Origin: the human T2T-CHM13v2.0 reference genome, Homo sapiens | Assembly: GCF_009914755.1 (NCBI RefSeq) | Contig: NC_060938.1 | DNA length: 64,000 nt | Strand: one strand, 5' to 3' | Shown: positions 47,780 to 61,099 of the stretch, piece after piece | Layout: each line of letters starts with the position of its first letter | Numbering within the stretch: the first letter of the stretch is position 1 | The notes under the pieces: model-generated | The model's input: only the letters and a program-made list of their open reading frames with translations | Told to the model about the DNA's origin: nothing | Database searches by the model: none | Translations under genes and position numbers: made by a program

Positions 47780-48190
47780 AGCTGGAATGCGGGAAGACAG
47801 GCGTCCACACGCTGCCTGCAACTTAAATTGCTGCATGCTTTTTGCAAGATAATTTGGCAGAATCTATTAACGTTAACAATGTTCGAACTCCGTGACCCAG
47901 CAATCTCCCCTTCTAGGAATGCAGCCCTTAGAAAGGATGTCTCAGTTCTCTCCACTAATGGACCAAGAGATCTGTGGAGGGAAAAACAAACATAACTGGA
48001 TACAACCCGATGCCCCATCAGGCGGGAGTGGCCAAGGGTAGGGAGGCATCTGCTTGCTGTGGAATATTATGCAGCTGTTAAGAGGGGGAAGTGGAGGATG
48101 TGGGGTTAATATCCATCAGGGACCCTCATCTGTTGCTCTGTGAATAAAGCAAAGAAGGGGGGAACTCTTATCTGTGGGTATATTTGATAC
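47780..48190 (+). mobile_element. Degenerate L1M 3' fragment
   Basis: aatttggcagaatctatt...tgacccagcaatctccccttctaggaat...acaacccgatgccccatca...tggaatattatgcagctgttaag. Confidence 0.55.
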
Positions 48191-48959
48191 AAATCCCTCC
48201 AGCAGTGGCACAATGAGCACCTAACAGGTGCCAGCCGCTGGGGATACAGCAGGCAGCGAGGTACACAGCGCCTGCTGCTGGAGGAAGACTGGCCATGAGC
48301 CAGCAGCCCAACAAACCAGATGACATCAGATCGGTGCTGCTGGGGCCAGGGGGACACAGAGCAGTGGCGTTCCAGGTATAAGGGACCCCGAATAGGTGCC
48401 TCAGAGCAGAAGGCACCAGAGCCAAGGCCCAAAGGCAGGGGAAGCCTGTTCGCCTCTGCCTATGTGAGCATCGGTGTGGGGGCCTTTTCTCCTGTCTCAT
48501 CCCCACGGTCACTGCAGAGGAGACACATGCCTCTTTGCTCCTTGGCATGCTTCGTCCTGTTCCAAGCCAGCATTTTTTAGACTTAATAAAACCAACCCAT
48601 GTAAAAAGGCAAACGGCCCCTCTGGGCTGGCCAGACAGCAGGTGTCCCTTAAGCCTGGAATTCCTGCACTCTGTGCCCCGTGCAGCCTCTTCGCCCAGTT
48701 TTAGAAATTTCTGCAGCTGCCCACCTGCTACCCCACAAAACCTGAAGGGCTTAAGTTTCTGTTTCTGGAAGGGATAGCTGCAGCCCCTGGAGGCAGACTT
48801 GGGGGGAGGGAGAGACTTGGGGGCCACACTCAGGACTTCCTCTGTCTTCAGCAACTGCAGCTTCTCAGAAGGCCAACCCTCCCCTCTCTCACCCTCCTGG
48901 CTGAGAGCCTAACCTGCTTCCCAGGTCCCCCATGGGAAAGGACCCCCTTTCCCCTTTCC

Positions 48960-49948
48960 TGAAGGGGGCAGCCCCTCCCCCCAACACCTGTGGTTATTTC
49001 TCGTCAGGTGGGATGAGACTGAGAAAAGAAATAAGACACAGAGACAAAGTATAGCGAAAGAACAGTGGGCCCAGGGAACTGGTGCCAGCATATGGAGGAC
49101 CCGCGCCAGCACTGGTCTCTGAGTTCCTTCAGTATTTATTGATCACTATTTCTACTATTTCAGTGAGGGGGATGTGGCAGGACTATAGGGTAATGGTGGG
49201 GAGAGGGTCAGCAGGAAAACATGTGAGCAAAGGTCTCTGTGTCATAAATAAGTTTAAGGAAAGGTGCTGTGCCTGGATGTGCACGTAGGCCAGATTTATG
49301 TCTGACTTTACACAAACATCTCAGTGCAGTAAAGAGCGGTATTGCCGCCAGCATGTCTCACCTCCAGCCATAAGGCAGTTTTCTCATATCTCAGTAAATA
49401 GAATGTACAATCGGGTTTTACACCGAGACATTCCATTCCCAGGGAGGAGCAGGAGGTAGATGCTTTCCTCCTATCTCAACTGCAAAGAGGCCTTCCTCTT
49501 TCACTAATCCTCCTCAGCACAGACCCTTTACGGGTGTTGGGCTGGGGGATGGTCAGGTTTTTCCCTTGTCACGAGGCCATATCTCAGGCTGTCTCAGTCG
49601 GGGGAAACCTTGGACAACACCCAGGCTTTCTTGGGCAGAGGTCCCTGCGGCCTTCCGCAGTGCATCGTGTCCCTGGGTACTCAAGACTGGAGAATGGCGA
49701 TGGCTTTCACCAAGCACACTGCCTGCAAACACATTTTAACACAGCACGTCCTGCACAGCCCTAAACCCATTAAACCTTGAGTCAACACAGCACATGTTTC
49801 TGCGAGCACAGGGTTGGGGCTAGGGTTACAGATTAACAGCATCTCAAGGCAGAAGAATTTTTCTTAGTACAGAACAAAATGGAGTTTCTTATGTCCACTT
49901 CTTTCTACATAGACACAGTAGCAGTCTGATCTCTTTCTTTCCCCTACA
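48960..49948 (-). mobile_element. HERV-K(HML-2) solo LTR, LTR5 family (LTR5B/5A-like), 989 bp
   Basis: Minus strand begins TGTAGGGGAAAGAAAGAGATCAGAC and ends CCCCTTCA; perfect 6-bp TSD CTTTCC at 48954-48959 and 49949-49954; internal AATAAA at 49135-49140; core GCGGAAGGCCGCAGGGACCTCTGCC. Confidence 0.93.
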
Positions 49949-51154
49949 CTTTCCCTCCACAGGCAAGGTCAGAACTGCAGATATGAGATCCAGAGGGCAG
50001 GGCTGCCTATGGCAAGCAGTGAGCCTGGCACTGGGGCGGCTCCGGCCTGGCGCCGCTGGTAACCCTCAGCTTTCTGAGGTGGGTGTTTTTGTCCCCAGTG
50101 TGCAGACAGAAGATCATTTTATTTTTGTTTTTATTCTGTTGAGACAGGGATCTTGCTGTGTTGGCCAGGCTGGTCTCAACGTGCAGATAGATCAGAAGTT
50201 GGGTGACAGAGGTGTCCAGTCATGGGCCCAGCAATCCTTCCACCCTCCCAGAGCGCCGGCCCTGTGCGAGCCTGCCTGGGGCAAAATGACAGTGTACGAG
50301 GGCCAGGCAGCTGTGACGGGGACAGCAGCAGCAGATAACAGTGGGGAGGTGGCCCTCAAGGCCTTCAGACCTAAATGTCAGGGTGAGACCCCCCAGGCAG
50401 GGGCTGATTGGGAGCCTTAGTGTCCCCCAGAGCAGGTGCACAAGGAGAGGGGCTTGGAAGGTGCCAGCCTCCCCTCCAGCTGACCTCCCCTGTCCACAGC
50501 CCCTGCTCTCCCTGGGGCCCACAGGGGCTGCTTTGGCAGCATCCAGGCAGGAGGCTGCATGACGTTACCAGGCCAGTGTTTGGTCCAGGTTCCTCAGAAA
50601 TCACACCTGGTTACACGTGAACCACTGGGCCTGGAGGGGGCTTCAAAGGAGGCCCAGGTCTTTTATCCACAGAACATGACCCGGCTCAGCAGGTCAGGCA
50701 CAGGGCAGACTCCAGGCAGGGCACTGGACTCTATCCTTGTAGTCTGCTCCTCTGCAGAGTGCAGCCGGAGGCAGCATTGCTTCCTCCCAGTGCCCTGCCC
50801 CTGAGTTCTGCAGAGCCCGAAGAGGAAGCGGGCTGAGGTCAGGAGAGGGACAGGGGCTGACTGGGGATCACAGAGCACAGTGGGGTAGGAGGCTGTGCTG
50901 CTTAGAGGGGAGGGACTGCAGTCACGTGGTCCCTGCCAGGGATTTGGGCACAGCAGCCTCCCCAGTGGGCATCCTTCCTGCCTGTTCCCACCTTTCTTCA
51001 AATCAGCCATTGGTTCTCTGAAGCCGGTTTACTGGCTTTAATTCTTAATTAAGAGATAGGGTCTTGCTATGTTGTCCAGGCAGAACTCCAACTCCTGGCC
51101 TCAAGCAGTCCTCCCTCTTCAGCCTCCTCAGTGCTGAGCTTTGGGGGTTTATTG

Positions 51155-51290
51155 GCTTTAAATCCTAATCCCACTTTGACCTCACTGGCTGTGACTTCAG
51201 GCAAGTTATTTAACCTCTCTGAGTTTCAGTTTCCCCATCTGTAAAGTGTTCCCTCCCTCCTAGGATCCTGGGGAGAAGTCAATGAGATGG
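51155..51290. mobile_element. MIR SINE
   Basis: ctggctgtgacttcaggcaagttatttaacctctctgagtttcagtttccccatctgtaaa, the MIR core. Confidence 0.8.
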
Positions 51291-52884
51291 CACAGCTGGG
51301 CATATACAGCATCAGCTCTTGTTAGGGGAGCCCCAATACAAACTCTGCACAGGGAATCATCAGCTGAGGTAGGGGGGATTGGTTCTGCTTGAGGACTCAG
51401 GCTGGGGACTGGGGCAGGCTCAGATGGAGCAGGTGGGCAGGGCTGAGGAGGCTGCCTGGAGGAAGGGGCACTGGAGGAGTTGACCAGCCAGTAATAGACA
51501 GAGAGGCAAGAGGGAAGTCGGAACCAAGGGAAACCACCGCCGAGTCACCAAGTCCTACCTTAGGCCCTTATAGGCACCCGGCCCTGACTCCACACCAACC
51601 ACAGCTGAGAGGCTGGGGAAGAGAAACCCAAGAGAAGTGGAAAGTCAGAATCCCCCAGGGGAGAAATTAGGGGGTGACTCAGGCGGGTGCATCATCAAGG
51701 GAGAGAAGCATCCGCTGGAACACAGGTTCGGGAGCTGTGGAGGGGGCTGTTTCAACGTTGAGAGCAGAAGGCAGGGAGGCTGTAAGGCAGAAGTAGAGGC
51801 AGCTGGTGGCCAGCGTGGTGGCCCCACAGGGACAGGAGCCCACAGAGAGTGGGAGGCCATGGAAGGCCTCTCACCAGCTTACTCCTGGGGGCTCTCAGCC
51901 GCAGCTAGGGCAGGGACACAGAGGGGCTGAGGTTGGACCCCTAGGTTTCCATGATGGACCCTGAGAAGCCAATGCAAGGGCCACAAACAGCCTGGCCTGG
52001 CCTGCCCCAGAGGCGAGAGAGTTGAGAGTGCTCTACAGGCTGCCAGGGCTCCAGAGGGGAGCTCGCTCTGCAGGAGCCTGGCCACCTCATCTTACCAGGC
52101 TGGAGTGGCTGAGTGACTGGGGAGGGTGCCCTAGGGTCATTGCTAACTGGCTTGGGTTCGGGCGCAGGCTAAACCCTAGGCTGGGTAGGGGGGTCTCTGT
52201 TCCTCTCCAAGCTCTGGTCCTGAGAGCTAAGAGCTGGAGGAAGAAAATCCGTGTCCCCTGCCCCCGCTCCCCTGCACACACACTCCACAGAGGAGCCAGC
52301 TGGGAATGGTGTTGCTGAGACAGAACGCCACTCCCGCTTCCCTGTTCTGCCCATCCTCCAGCAGCACCTCCTCCAGTCTCCTGCCCAGGCTGCTCACCAG
52401 ACCCAAAAGTGGGCCCAAGTCATCCAGTTCTCATTATGCCTTGGTTCGCAGGAGGGGACACAGGACCCCTACTCCCTCCTAGAAGCAGCTCTGCACTCAG
52501 GACAACGTGCCCCCGTCGGGGGAGGCAGGGCCTGGGCGGAAGGCCACTTCTGCAGACTTTTCCAGGCCCCCATCTGCTGCACAGAGCTCTGGCTGACCCT
52601 AGCCCAAGCCTTTTAGAACCGCCCCTTGACCTGCGATTCCTTTTCTGGAATTCATTTTAGGGCCCAGCCAGGGGTGTTCCCAGAGCAGTCTGCAATAACA
52701 AAATGTCTATGGCGAAGTGTCCTCATAGAGGACTGGGCAGCGAGCCACGGGCCAGCCCTCTGGTGAACCCCCAGCGGCCGTCAAAGGGGTCCGGGACAGC
52801 AGTGACAGCCAGGCCTTGGCTCCTGCCGCCCTTCAAATGTGCCTGGGTGCGACGGCAACCCGCGGCCGGCGGGGCGGGGGGACC

Positions 52885-53027
52885 TTTTGTTTGTTTGTTA
52901 TTATTTGTAGAGATGGTGGGGGTCTCACTACGTTTCCCGGGCTGGTCTCGAACTCTTCAGCTCAGAAGAACCTCCCGCCTCGGCCTCCCAAAGCGCGGGA
53001 TCACAGGCGAGAGCCACCGCGCCGGCC
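52885..53027 (-). mobile_element. Alu left monomer/FLAM with retained CpGs in the TRMT61A CpG island
   Basis: Reverse complement reads ggccggcgcggtggctctcgcctgtgatcccgcgctttgggaggccgaggcggg...gagttcgagaccagcc with an A-rich tail. Confidence 0.8.
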
Positions 53028-53119
53028 GGCCGCCATATGGATTTTGTCCAGTCTTTCGATCTTCCAGCGACCAGCAAATGTAAACAGAGCAGCTCACATG
53101 AGGGAAGAAGTCGCCCAGG

Positions 53120-53280
53120 AAACGTCCTCTGGGAGGGGCGGGAAGGGCAGCCTGGCGCTCCCAGGATCCCGTGCGCGGAGGGGGGGAGGGGGAGGGGGAG
53201 GCGGGGCGCGACGTCATCAGCGGGCGCGGAGCCGGAAGTGTTGTGGCCGCCGCCGCCGCGCGTCGCGGAGGCACGTGTGG
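53120..53280 (+). promoter_or_regulatory. TRMT61A: TRMT61A TATA-less CpG-island promoter: GC boxes, CRE-like CGACGTCA (53209-53216), ETS CCGGAAGTG (53232-53240), E-box CACGTG (53272-53277)
   Basis: Motifs read directly within the CpG-rich region ~52840-53500. Confidence 0.8.
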
Positions 53281-53305
53281 AGCCCCGGCAGCAGGAGCGT
53301 CGCAG
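53235..53305 (+). other. TRMT61A: TRMT61A non-coding exon 1 (start approximate)
   Basis: CAG/GTGAGA donor at 53306 just downstream of the promoter motifs; matching acceptor cccctccccAG at 53992-53993. Confidence 0.75.
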
Positions 53306-53962
53306 GTGAGACTCCGCGGGGTACAGGGTGGCAGGGCGCGGGTGAGGGTGACCCGGGCCGGGCACGGCGCGCAGGGCCTGTCCCTCCAGCCTCGCATGGG
53401 CGGCCCCCGCCGGCCCGGCCTGGCCCCTTGTTGCCTCTGCATCGGCTGGGCGGTGTTTGCGTGGACGGCCAGCTCCGCGTCCCCAGCCCCTTACTGGGGA
53501 GCCCTGAATCCTCTGTCATACCCTGCCACCTAGCCCCCGTGGGGGAGACTGGGGTGAGGAATCAAGCCTGGCTTGGAGGTGACCTCATTGACCATTTGCC
53601 TCTCCCCCGCCGGTGGACACCTCGCAAAGGCGCTTCCTCATCTCACATCTTGGGAATGGGAGTCAAGCTCCTGGAGAAGGGTGATGGGAGGGTCGGGTCC
53701 TCACTCCGGGAATCCTTGGGACCGAACTCCGCCATTGCCAAGCCTCAGTCTTTTCATCTCTGATTTAGGCTCATAGTCCCTGTCTCTTGTCCTAGACCAA
53801 GAAAGGCTTCAGAGGCCAGGCCAGAGTGCAGCGCTATTGGGCTCCCTGTCAGGCAGTGGCAGAGACTGAGGCTGAGCTAGCCACACCCCGCCCATGCCCA
53901 CTGCTGGGATGTAGGCCTCGAAGCCTTCTACCTAGACCCTAGGCCCTCATCCTGCCTCCTGA

Positions 53963-54520
<558 letters not shown>

Positions 54521-56492
54521 TAGGAGGCTGGTGCTGTAACTGGAGTGAGAGGTGGTGGGAAATGGACCAGGAGGAGCTGGGGAGGACTGGTGCTCTAGTG
54601 AGGGTCCTGCTTGCCTTGGTGGGGCGTGGCCAGCTTGATGCTTGGCGCTGTCCTAGGTACTGACCGTCAACCTCTAGTCCTCCGTGCTGATGGTGAAGCA
54701 GAGAGAGTTGCCCCTTCTGGAAAGAGGCCAGGGCTACCCCGAGGAGCTCACTGTAGGTGGGGAGCCTTCCCCATCCTCATCCATGATCAGATCCTCACCT
54801 GCTACCAATGAATGTGAGCACCATTGTTGAGTCCAGGGCCTGGGCTGTGGGAACCCCTGCACATATACAGGTGCTGGGGCCGCCCAGTGTGGCGATTGAA
54901 GCCAAGATTGGCCCCAGGCGCTGATGCATCTAGGTTGTTGGTGGCGTGTTCCTCACGGGCAGGAGAGCTAGGGTCCAGGTTCACGAAGAGTGCCTAGCAC
55001 TGCCATGCTGGCTTTCTGAGGGCTGCAGGTCACCATGTCCCTCCCTGGGGTGTCTGGGTGGGAGGGGTGGAGAGCAGGACTTAGCCAACTCCATCAGCTG
55101 CTGCTCCTGTGCATCCTGTGGCGGGTGCTGGCCTCTCCGCCCCTGCCCCACTCTCGCGAGAGAGCTCAATCAAGCAGCACCTTCTCCTGGCCTCCTCAGA
55201 TATGCCAGGTCCCCTCCTAGGAACCGTGAACTAGAGAGACCAGGTTCCTGCCCTCGAGGAGGGGGACACAGCCTAGGTGAGCATCTCAGTGCCGCTGGTT
55301 GCTGTGAAGCCTGTGAGACAGGGCTGCGTGTCTGAGGGGTACCCAGAGTGGGGACTCTCCAGCTAGGCCAGGCAGGGAAGACCTCTCTGAGGAGGGGACA
55401 TTTGAGTTGAAAATGATGAGGAGGGACCTACGAAGAGCCAAGGGACAGCTCTGCACCAAGGAGGAGCCGTGCCGAGGCCCTGCAGTTGGAGCATGCTGCC
55501 GAGTCAGGCTCAGTGGGGGAGGCAGAGGGGCTGGGAGTGAGGTTGGAGGGGAAGCGAGCTCCACCCCGGAGGCTAACAAGTCTGACTTGCCCCTTAGTGG
55601 GAAGGGGGCATGGCCAGGCTTTGCAGAGGGGCGAGGCAGCAGGCTGGGGGCACCCAGGGGAGGGGCTGGACAGGTGGGGAGAGGGGCTGGCCCCTGAAAG
55701 GAATGTGGGAGGTGGCAGGACGTGGGACGGGATAGAGGGAGTGGAGGCACCTCCATGGGTCTGGCCCAAGCACTTGCGATGCTCAGCGCTATTTGGGTTC
55801 CAGGCATGGGTGGCAAGTGTGCAGTGGCTGCTCTAGCAGGAGTCTCCAGTGGAGGGGCCTGGGGATGGGAGTGGCATCAGGTAGATGGCCCCTGAAGCTG
55901 GAGTGGGAGGAGGGATGCAAGCCTTGACCCTCTCCATAAGACAGGAAGTCAAGCAGAGGGGCCATCTTGAGGGAAGCTGGGGAGGGAAGCTGGGGGCAGG
56001 TGCGCTGGGGAGGACTGGGGCCGTGTGGCTGGTGGCCAGGCCCTGCGTCCTGAGTCCAACCAGGCCAGGGCAGAGCCCCAGCCCCTGTGTGGTGGGGGCA
56101 GGTTTGGGCAGGCTTGGTGGGGGTGGGCTCTCTCAAGGGGACCAAGGAGCTTCTGGGGAGAGGTGGGCATGAGGACCGGCAGGGTGGGCCACTGTTGACG
56201 GGGATTGAGGAAGTGATGGGCCATGCATGGAATAAGACAGGGCTGAGTGATGGGATGGCCTCCCTGTCCCCCTTGCACAGATTTCCCCGGAGGCTCCAGG
56301 CAGCTGGGCTGCTCTCATTCCCTATACCTGCGCTAGGCAGGATAGGGCAGGGTTGCCACTGGCCTCGCCTGTGCCCACAACAGACAGCACGGCATACACA
56401 GCCTGTCAACCCCAGCTCACCCCTAGACAGGGTGCCCAACCCAGGGCTAGCCTGGGGCTTTAGGCAGCCAGGACCATACAGCCCTGGAATGA

Positions 56493-57035
<543 letters not shown>

Positions 57036-58532
57036 TGAGGAGTGGGTCAGGCTGGCCAGGGGAGGCAGAGCTGGGGAGGATGGTCCCTGGCTGGGCCCTG
57101 CTCCTGGTCTCTGGCCTCTCCCAACCCCCTGATGGAGGAAGGTGGCAGCGCCACCCAAGTGCAGGGCAGGCCCGGCCGGAGGGGTCTGGAGTCCCCTCCC
57201 TGCTGTTTCCCAAAACCTCTCCTCCCCCAGGCTCTGGAGCCCAGGGAGCTGGCCCCTTTTAGGGAAGATGCTGGGTGCGGAGGCGGGGCAGCCCTGGGGA
57301 AGGTCGGGCCTCAAGCCAGGGAGGTGGCTGGGAGGCCCAGGGTTTTTCCCTTTTCTGGAGAAGGAGCAGCTCAGGCAGCAGGGGCCCCTTCCTTCTTCCC
57401 AGCTGAGAGTTGTATTCTGAGAGGGTTGAAGGGTGGAGGTGCTGGGCGCCCCACCCCACCTCAAAGATGAGCCGAGGCCTGGTGCGAACAGCAAGGCTGT
57501 GGCCGGGGGTCCCCTGCTGGCTCCAGCCCAGCCCTGACTCCTGGGTCCTGGTCTCTGCTGAGGTGGGTAGCTGTGGGGATCTCCACACCCTGCCTCCTAG
57601 GCTTCCTGCTCTGGGGACACTTCTGGGCCTGGACCATAGTCCCAGGGAGGCTGAACCCGGCAGAGCCTCCCCTGGGGCCCCCCTGCTGCCTTTGTGACTC
57701 CTTCCTCCAGCGTGGCTCGGGGAACCCGCGCCTGCCTCTGGGACCTGTCCCTTTCCCTGCGAGCTCCCCCTTCTGGGTCCAAAGGCTCCTGGCTCATTCA
57801 TGGGCCCGGCATCTCCTGCCGGCCACGGGAGCCCGCTGGGGAGGATGCGGCATGCTCAGCCTCTGTGCCCTGTCTAGGCTGTTGTCACACAGCAGGTGCC
57901 TCCTCTAACCCCGAACCTCCTGGCGGCCCCGTGTTAGGGTACAGCTGAGGAGACCAAGCCTCAGGGACGTTTGAGGACACTTGCCTGGGCCACATACCTC
58001 TACCCGGCCCTGGCTTCCCCAGGTCCTCCCTGCCAGGACAGGGACCCGGGCTGGGTTCTCATTCACTGCAGGCCAGGCCGAGTGAAGCCCGTGGCTGCCC
58101 TGGTGGGAGGCGGCAGGGAGGGGCTGTCATGCTCGGGCTCTGCTTCGAGTAGGCGCCTCCTGTTCCCGGGAGCAGCGACAGCCTCTAATTTCCTGTGACA
58201 GCAGCGGCCCCCGCACCGCCCCACGCTGCCGTGCTGTCAGAGCTGCTCCGGGCCCAGAGCTCCAGCAGCCCTGTGGAAGGCAGGAGAGCAGTGCCCGCTG
58301 TGGGCCAAGTGAGACAATGGCAGCGCGGGCTTGACCCGGTGCCTGGCACATGGGAGGGCCTGGCATGGCTAAGCTGGGTGACATGAACAGCGGCGCCAGG
58401 CCCCATGGGGGGCTGTCAGTTGAGGGCCAGGCCCCTCTGCCCTGCAGTCCCAGCTCTTGGAGAGCTTGCAGTCTGTGTTGGGGCTGTCTTAGGCTGGCCT
58501 CAGACCCTAGGGTGGGAGTCCAGGGATGCTAG

Positions 58533-58865
<333 letters not shown>

Positions 58866-60068
58866 GGGGCCGCCTCCCAGGGCACCAGGGAGCTGGGAGC
58901 ACTGAAGGGCTGGGCAGGGAGGCCAGAGGCACCTTATATGGTCAGCGATGCCTGCCAGACACAGACGGTGGGGTGGGGCTTGGGGGCCTCCTGGGTGGCC
59001 AGAGTGGGACAGCAGGAAGGGCGGCTGTGATGGAGGAGCAGTGCTGGGGCTGGGCCTCAGCCATTCCTGTCCAGCCCTGTGGCCCATCCCAGCTGCTGTT
59101 TGTTGCCAATATGAAGTATCCACTGCCACAGGCTCCCCTGGGTGTTGAAGCCAAAGGGTGCAGGTGGGGGAGTCTGACCCCCTCCCAGGTGGGCCTAAGC
59201 AGGAAGGGGGTGGAGGAGGGAGGGGGGCATTGACCCTGAGACCACGCTGCGTCTGACCCCTGGGCCCCCACGGCCCTGGCTGCCCCACGGGGCCTGAGAC
59301 CATCTCGTGCTTCTCCAGTCCCCGGGCCGAGGCTCCAGCCTTGGCCAGAAGCTGGGGTGAGCTGACCCAGAATCCCTGCCCTGCTCTCCCCAGCGCTAGG
59401 AGACCAGGCCAGCCCAGGAACCAGGGAGGTGACCCTGCTCTCTGGCCTCCTGGCTGATGTCACAGCACTGAGCTCAGCCCAGGCCTTCGTCCACTCATGT
59501 CCAAGAGGCGGGGCATCCCCCACCCAGCCAGAGCCCCTGACATGGGCTGCACTCGCTGAGGCCAGGCAGCGCTGCGGAGAGGAGCGGCAGAGTGGGTTGT
59601 CTGCCGCAGGCAACCAGGCAAGTGTGTCGGGGCTGGGGTGTGAATGCCAGCCTGTGAGTCCCGGAACTATGTGGGTACCCCTACCCCTCACAGAAGCCAA
59701 GGGCATGGAGGAGGTCCCTCCACAGTGACAACGGTGTGGGGTAGGGGAGGTGCATTCAGGACACCACCCAGGGACAGTGCCTATGTGATCACCTCTTAAA
59801 GGCTAAGCTTAGGGGCATTTCCCAAAGTGGGGACAGAGGGCAGGACGCCCAGGCTGGGGGCTCTCCTCGCCCGCCCTGGTGTCTGACAGCCTCAAGGAAG
59901 GAGCAGTGCCTGTGTCAGCCATGGGGCCCTTGGAGCTGCCGCTGGTGCCTAGGGGGCCTGGGTTTCTGCCCAGGCAGCCAGTGGCTGTTGGGAGCCTCTG
60001 TTTCCCCTGTGCTGGGGGCCTTGAGTGCTATGCTAGCAGGGGCCTGGCCCCAAGTGTGAGTGATGAGC

Positions 60069-60074
60069 AATAAA
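60069..60074 (+). terminator. TRMT61A: TRMT61A proximal poly(A) signal AATAAA
   Basis: Canonical hexamer in an otherwise GC-rich 3' UTR, followed by a U/GU-rich ctctgttctg element. Confidence 0.65.
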
Positions 60075-61093
60075 CGTACCGTCCCCCTCTGTTCTGAGTG
60101 ATCCCTAGCAGCCAAGGCCACCCCCAGCTGCTGTCTAGGCCAGCCCTACCTGCGCTCTGCCCCTGGTCCCTGCTCCTCCCTGTCCTGGTTTGGCATGATA
60201 GGCGCTCCAGTCTCCAGGACAAAGGGGCAAATGTGTGGCCACCCCCATCTGGCTGCAGAAAAGGCCACTCCTTCCTGGGGTTGGGGTGGTCCAGGAGTGC
60301 TGGGCCTTCTTCCACAGCCCTGGGCTGGAATTCAGTGTGGCTGCCTGGGTTACTTGTATGCGCCCCTGAAGGAAGGGTCCACTCCAGGCCGCCTGGTCCC
60401 TGCGAAGTGTCACACTGTGGGTCACCGGGGGCTGTGGCTAATGTGGTCCGGGAGGCCTGTGTCCCTGAGAGTTGCTCAGCCCTGCTCCGAGGGCTTGTCC
60501 TCTCCTTCCAGGACCCAGCTTCCCTTCTAACCTTGTTACTCACCTGGGGCACAGAGGAGGGGCCCCCAGTCAGGTTCAACATGGAAGTGGGTGACCCTAA
60601 TGCCAGGAGCTTTGGGGTCAGGCTGTCCCTGGGGTGTCATGAACTGGGTGACGCACACCCCTGAGATCTCAGTTCCCCCAAGCCTGCCCTGCCCCTCCTG
60701 GCCACAGCAAAGGCCTGCATGGTGTCTGATGGGTGGACACCGGGAGGTGTTTCTTTGAGGCGCAGCTCCATGGTTTGTAGGACACATAGGCCTCAGGCAC
60801 TGTAGGGTCCAGGTTGTGCCCATTTTCCAGCCGGGGCTGGTTGCCCTGGTGGCAGCCCTGGGTGAGTCACCAGGGTCCGCACATGGAGAGCGGGAGGTCC
60901 CAGCCCACCCTTAGTTGTCACATGGGACAGAGTTGCTGTGTCAATCCCCTCGGCCCTGCTGCTCTGCCCTGCACACAGGCCCCCATGATGACCTTGAGCC
61001 TCCAGGCATCCACCCCCACCGTATGGCCCTCTAGACCCAGCTGGGCCTCACCCCACTCCCTCAGCTTGGATCCTCACGTGGCCTGGAGCCAGC

Positions 61094-61099
61094 ATTAAA
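61094..61099 (+). terminator. TRMT61A: TRMT61A distal poly(A) signal ATTAAA
   Basis: ATTAAA followed by tgtatgtcctt...tgtccttttct. Confidence 0.6.

Noticed and set aside
48960-49948. Possible SVA element or full provirus
   Set aside because: Complete TG...CA LTR with a 6-bp TSD; no VNTR, hexamer repeat, poly(A) tail or gag/pol/env, so it is a solo LTR.
52816-53763. 315-aa ORF over the TRMT61A promoter
   Set aside because: Runs through an Alu monomer, the CpG island and intron 1; no ATG start; GC artefact.
60570-60585. GTTCAA in the TRMT61A 3' UTR as a possible T-loop mimic for m1A autoregulation
   Set aside because: The flanks cannot form the closing stem of a 7-nt T-loop; similar motifs in CKB and MARK3 exons fail the same test.
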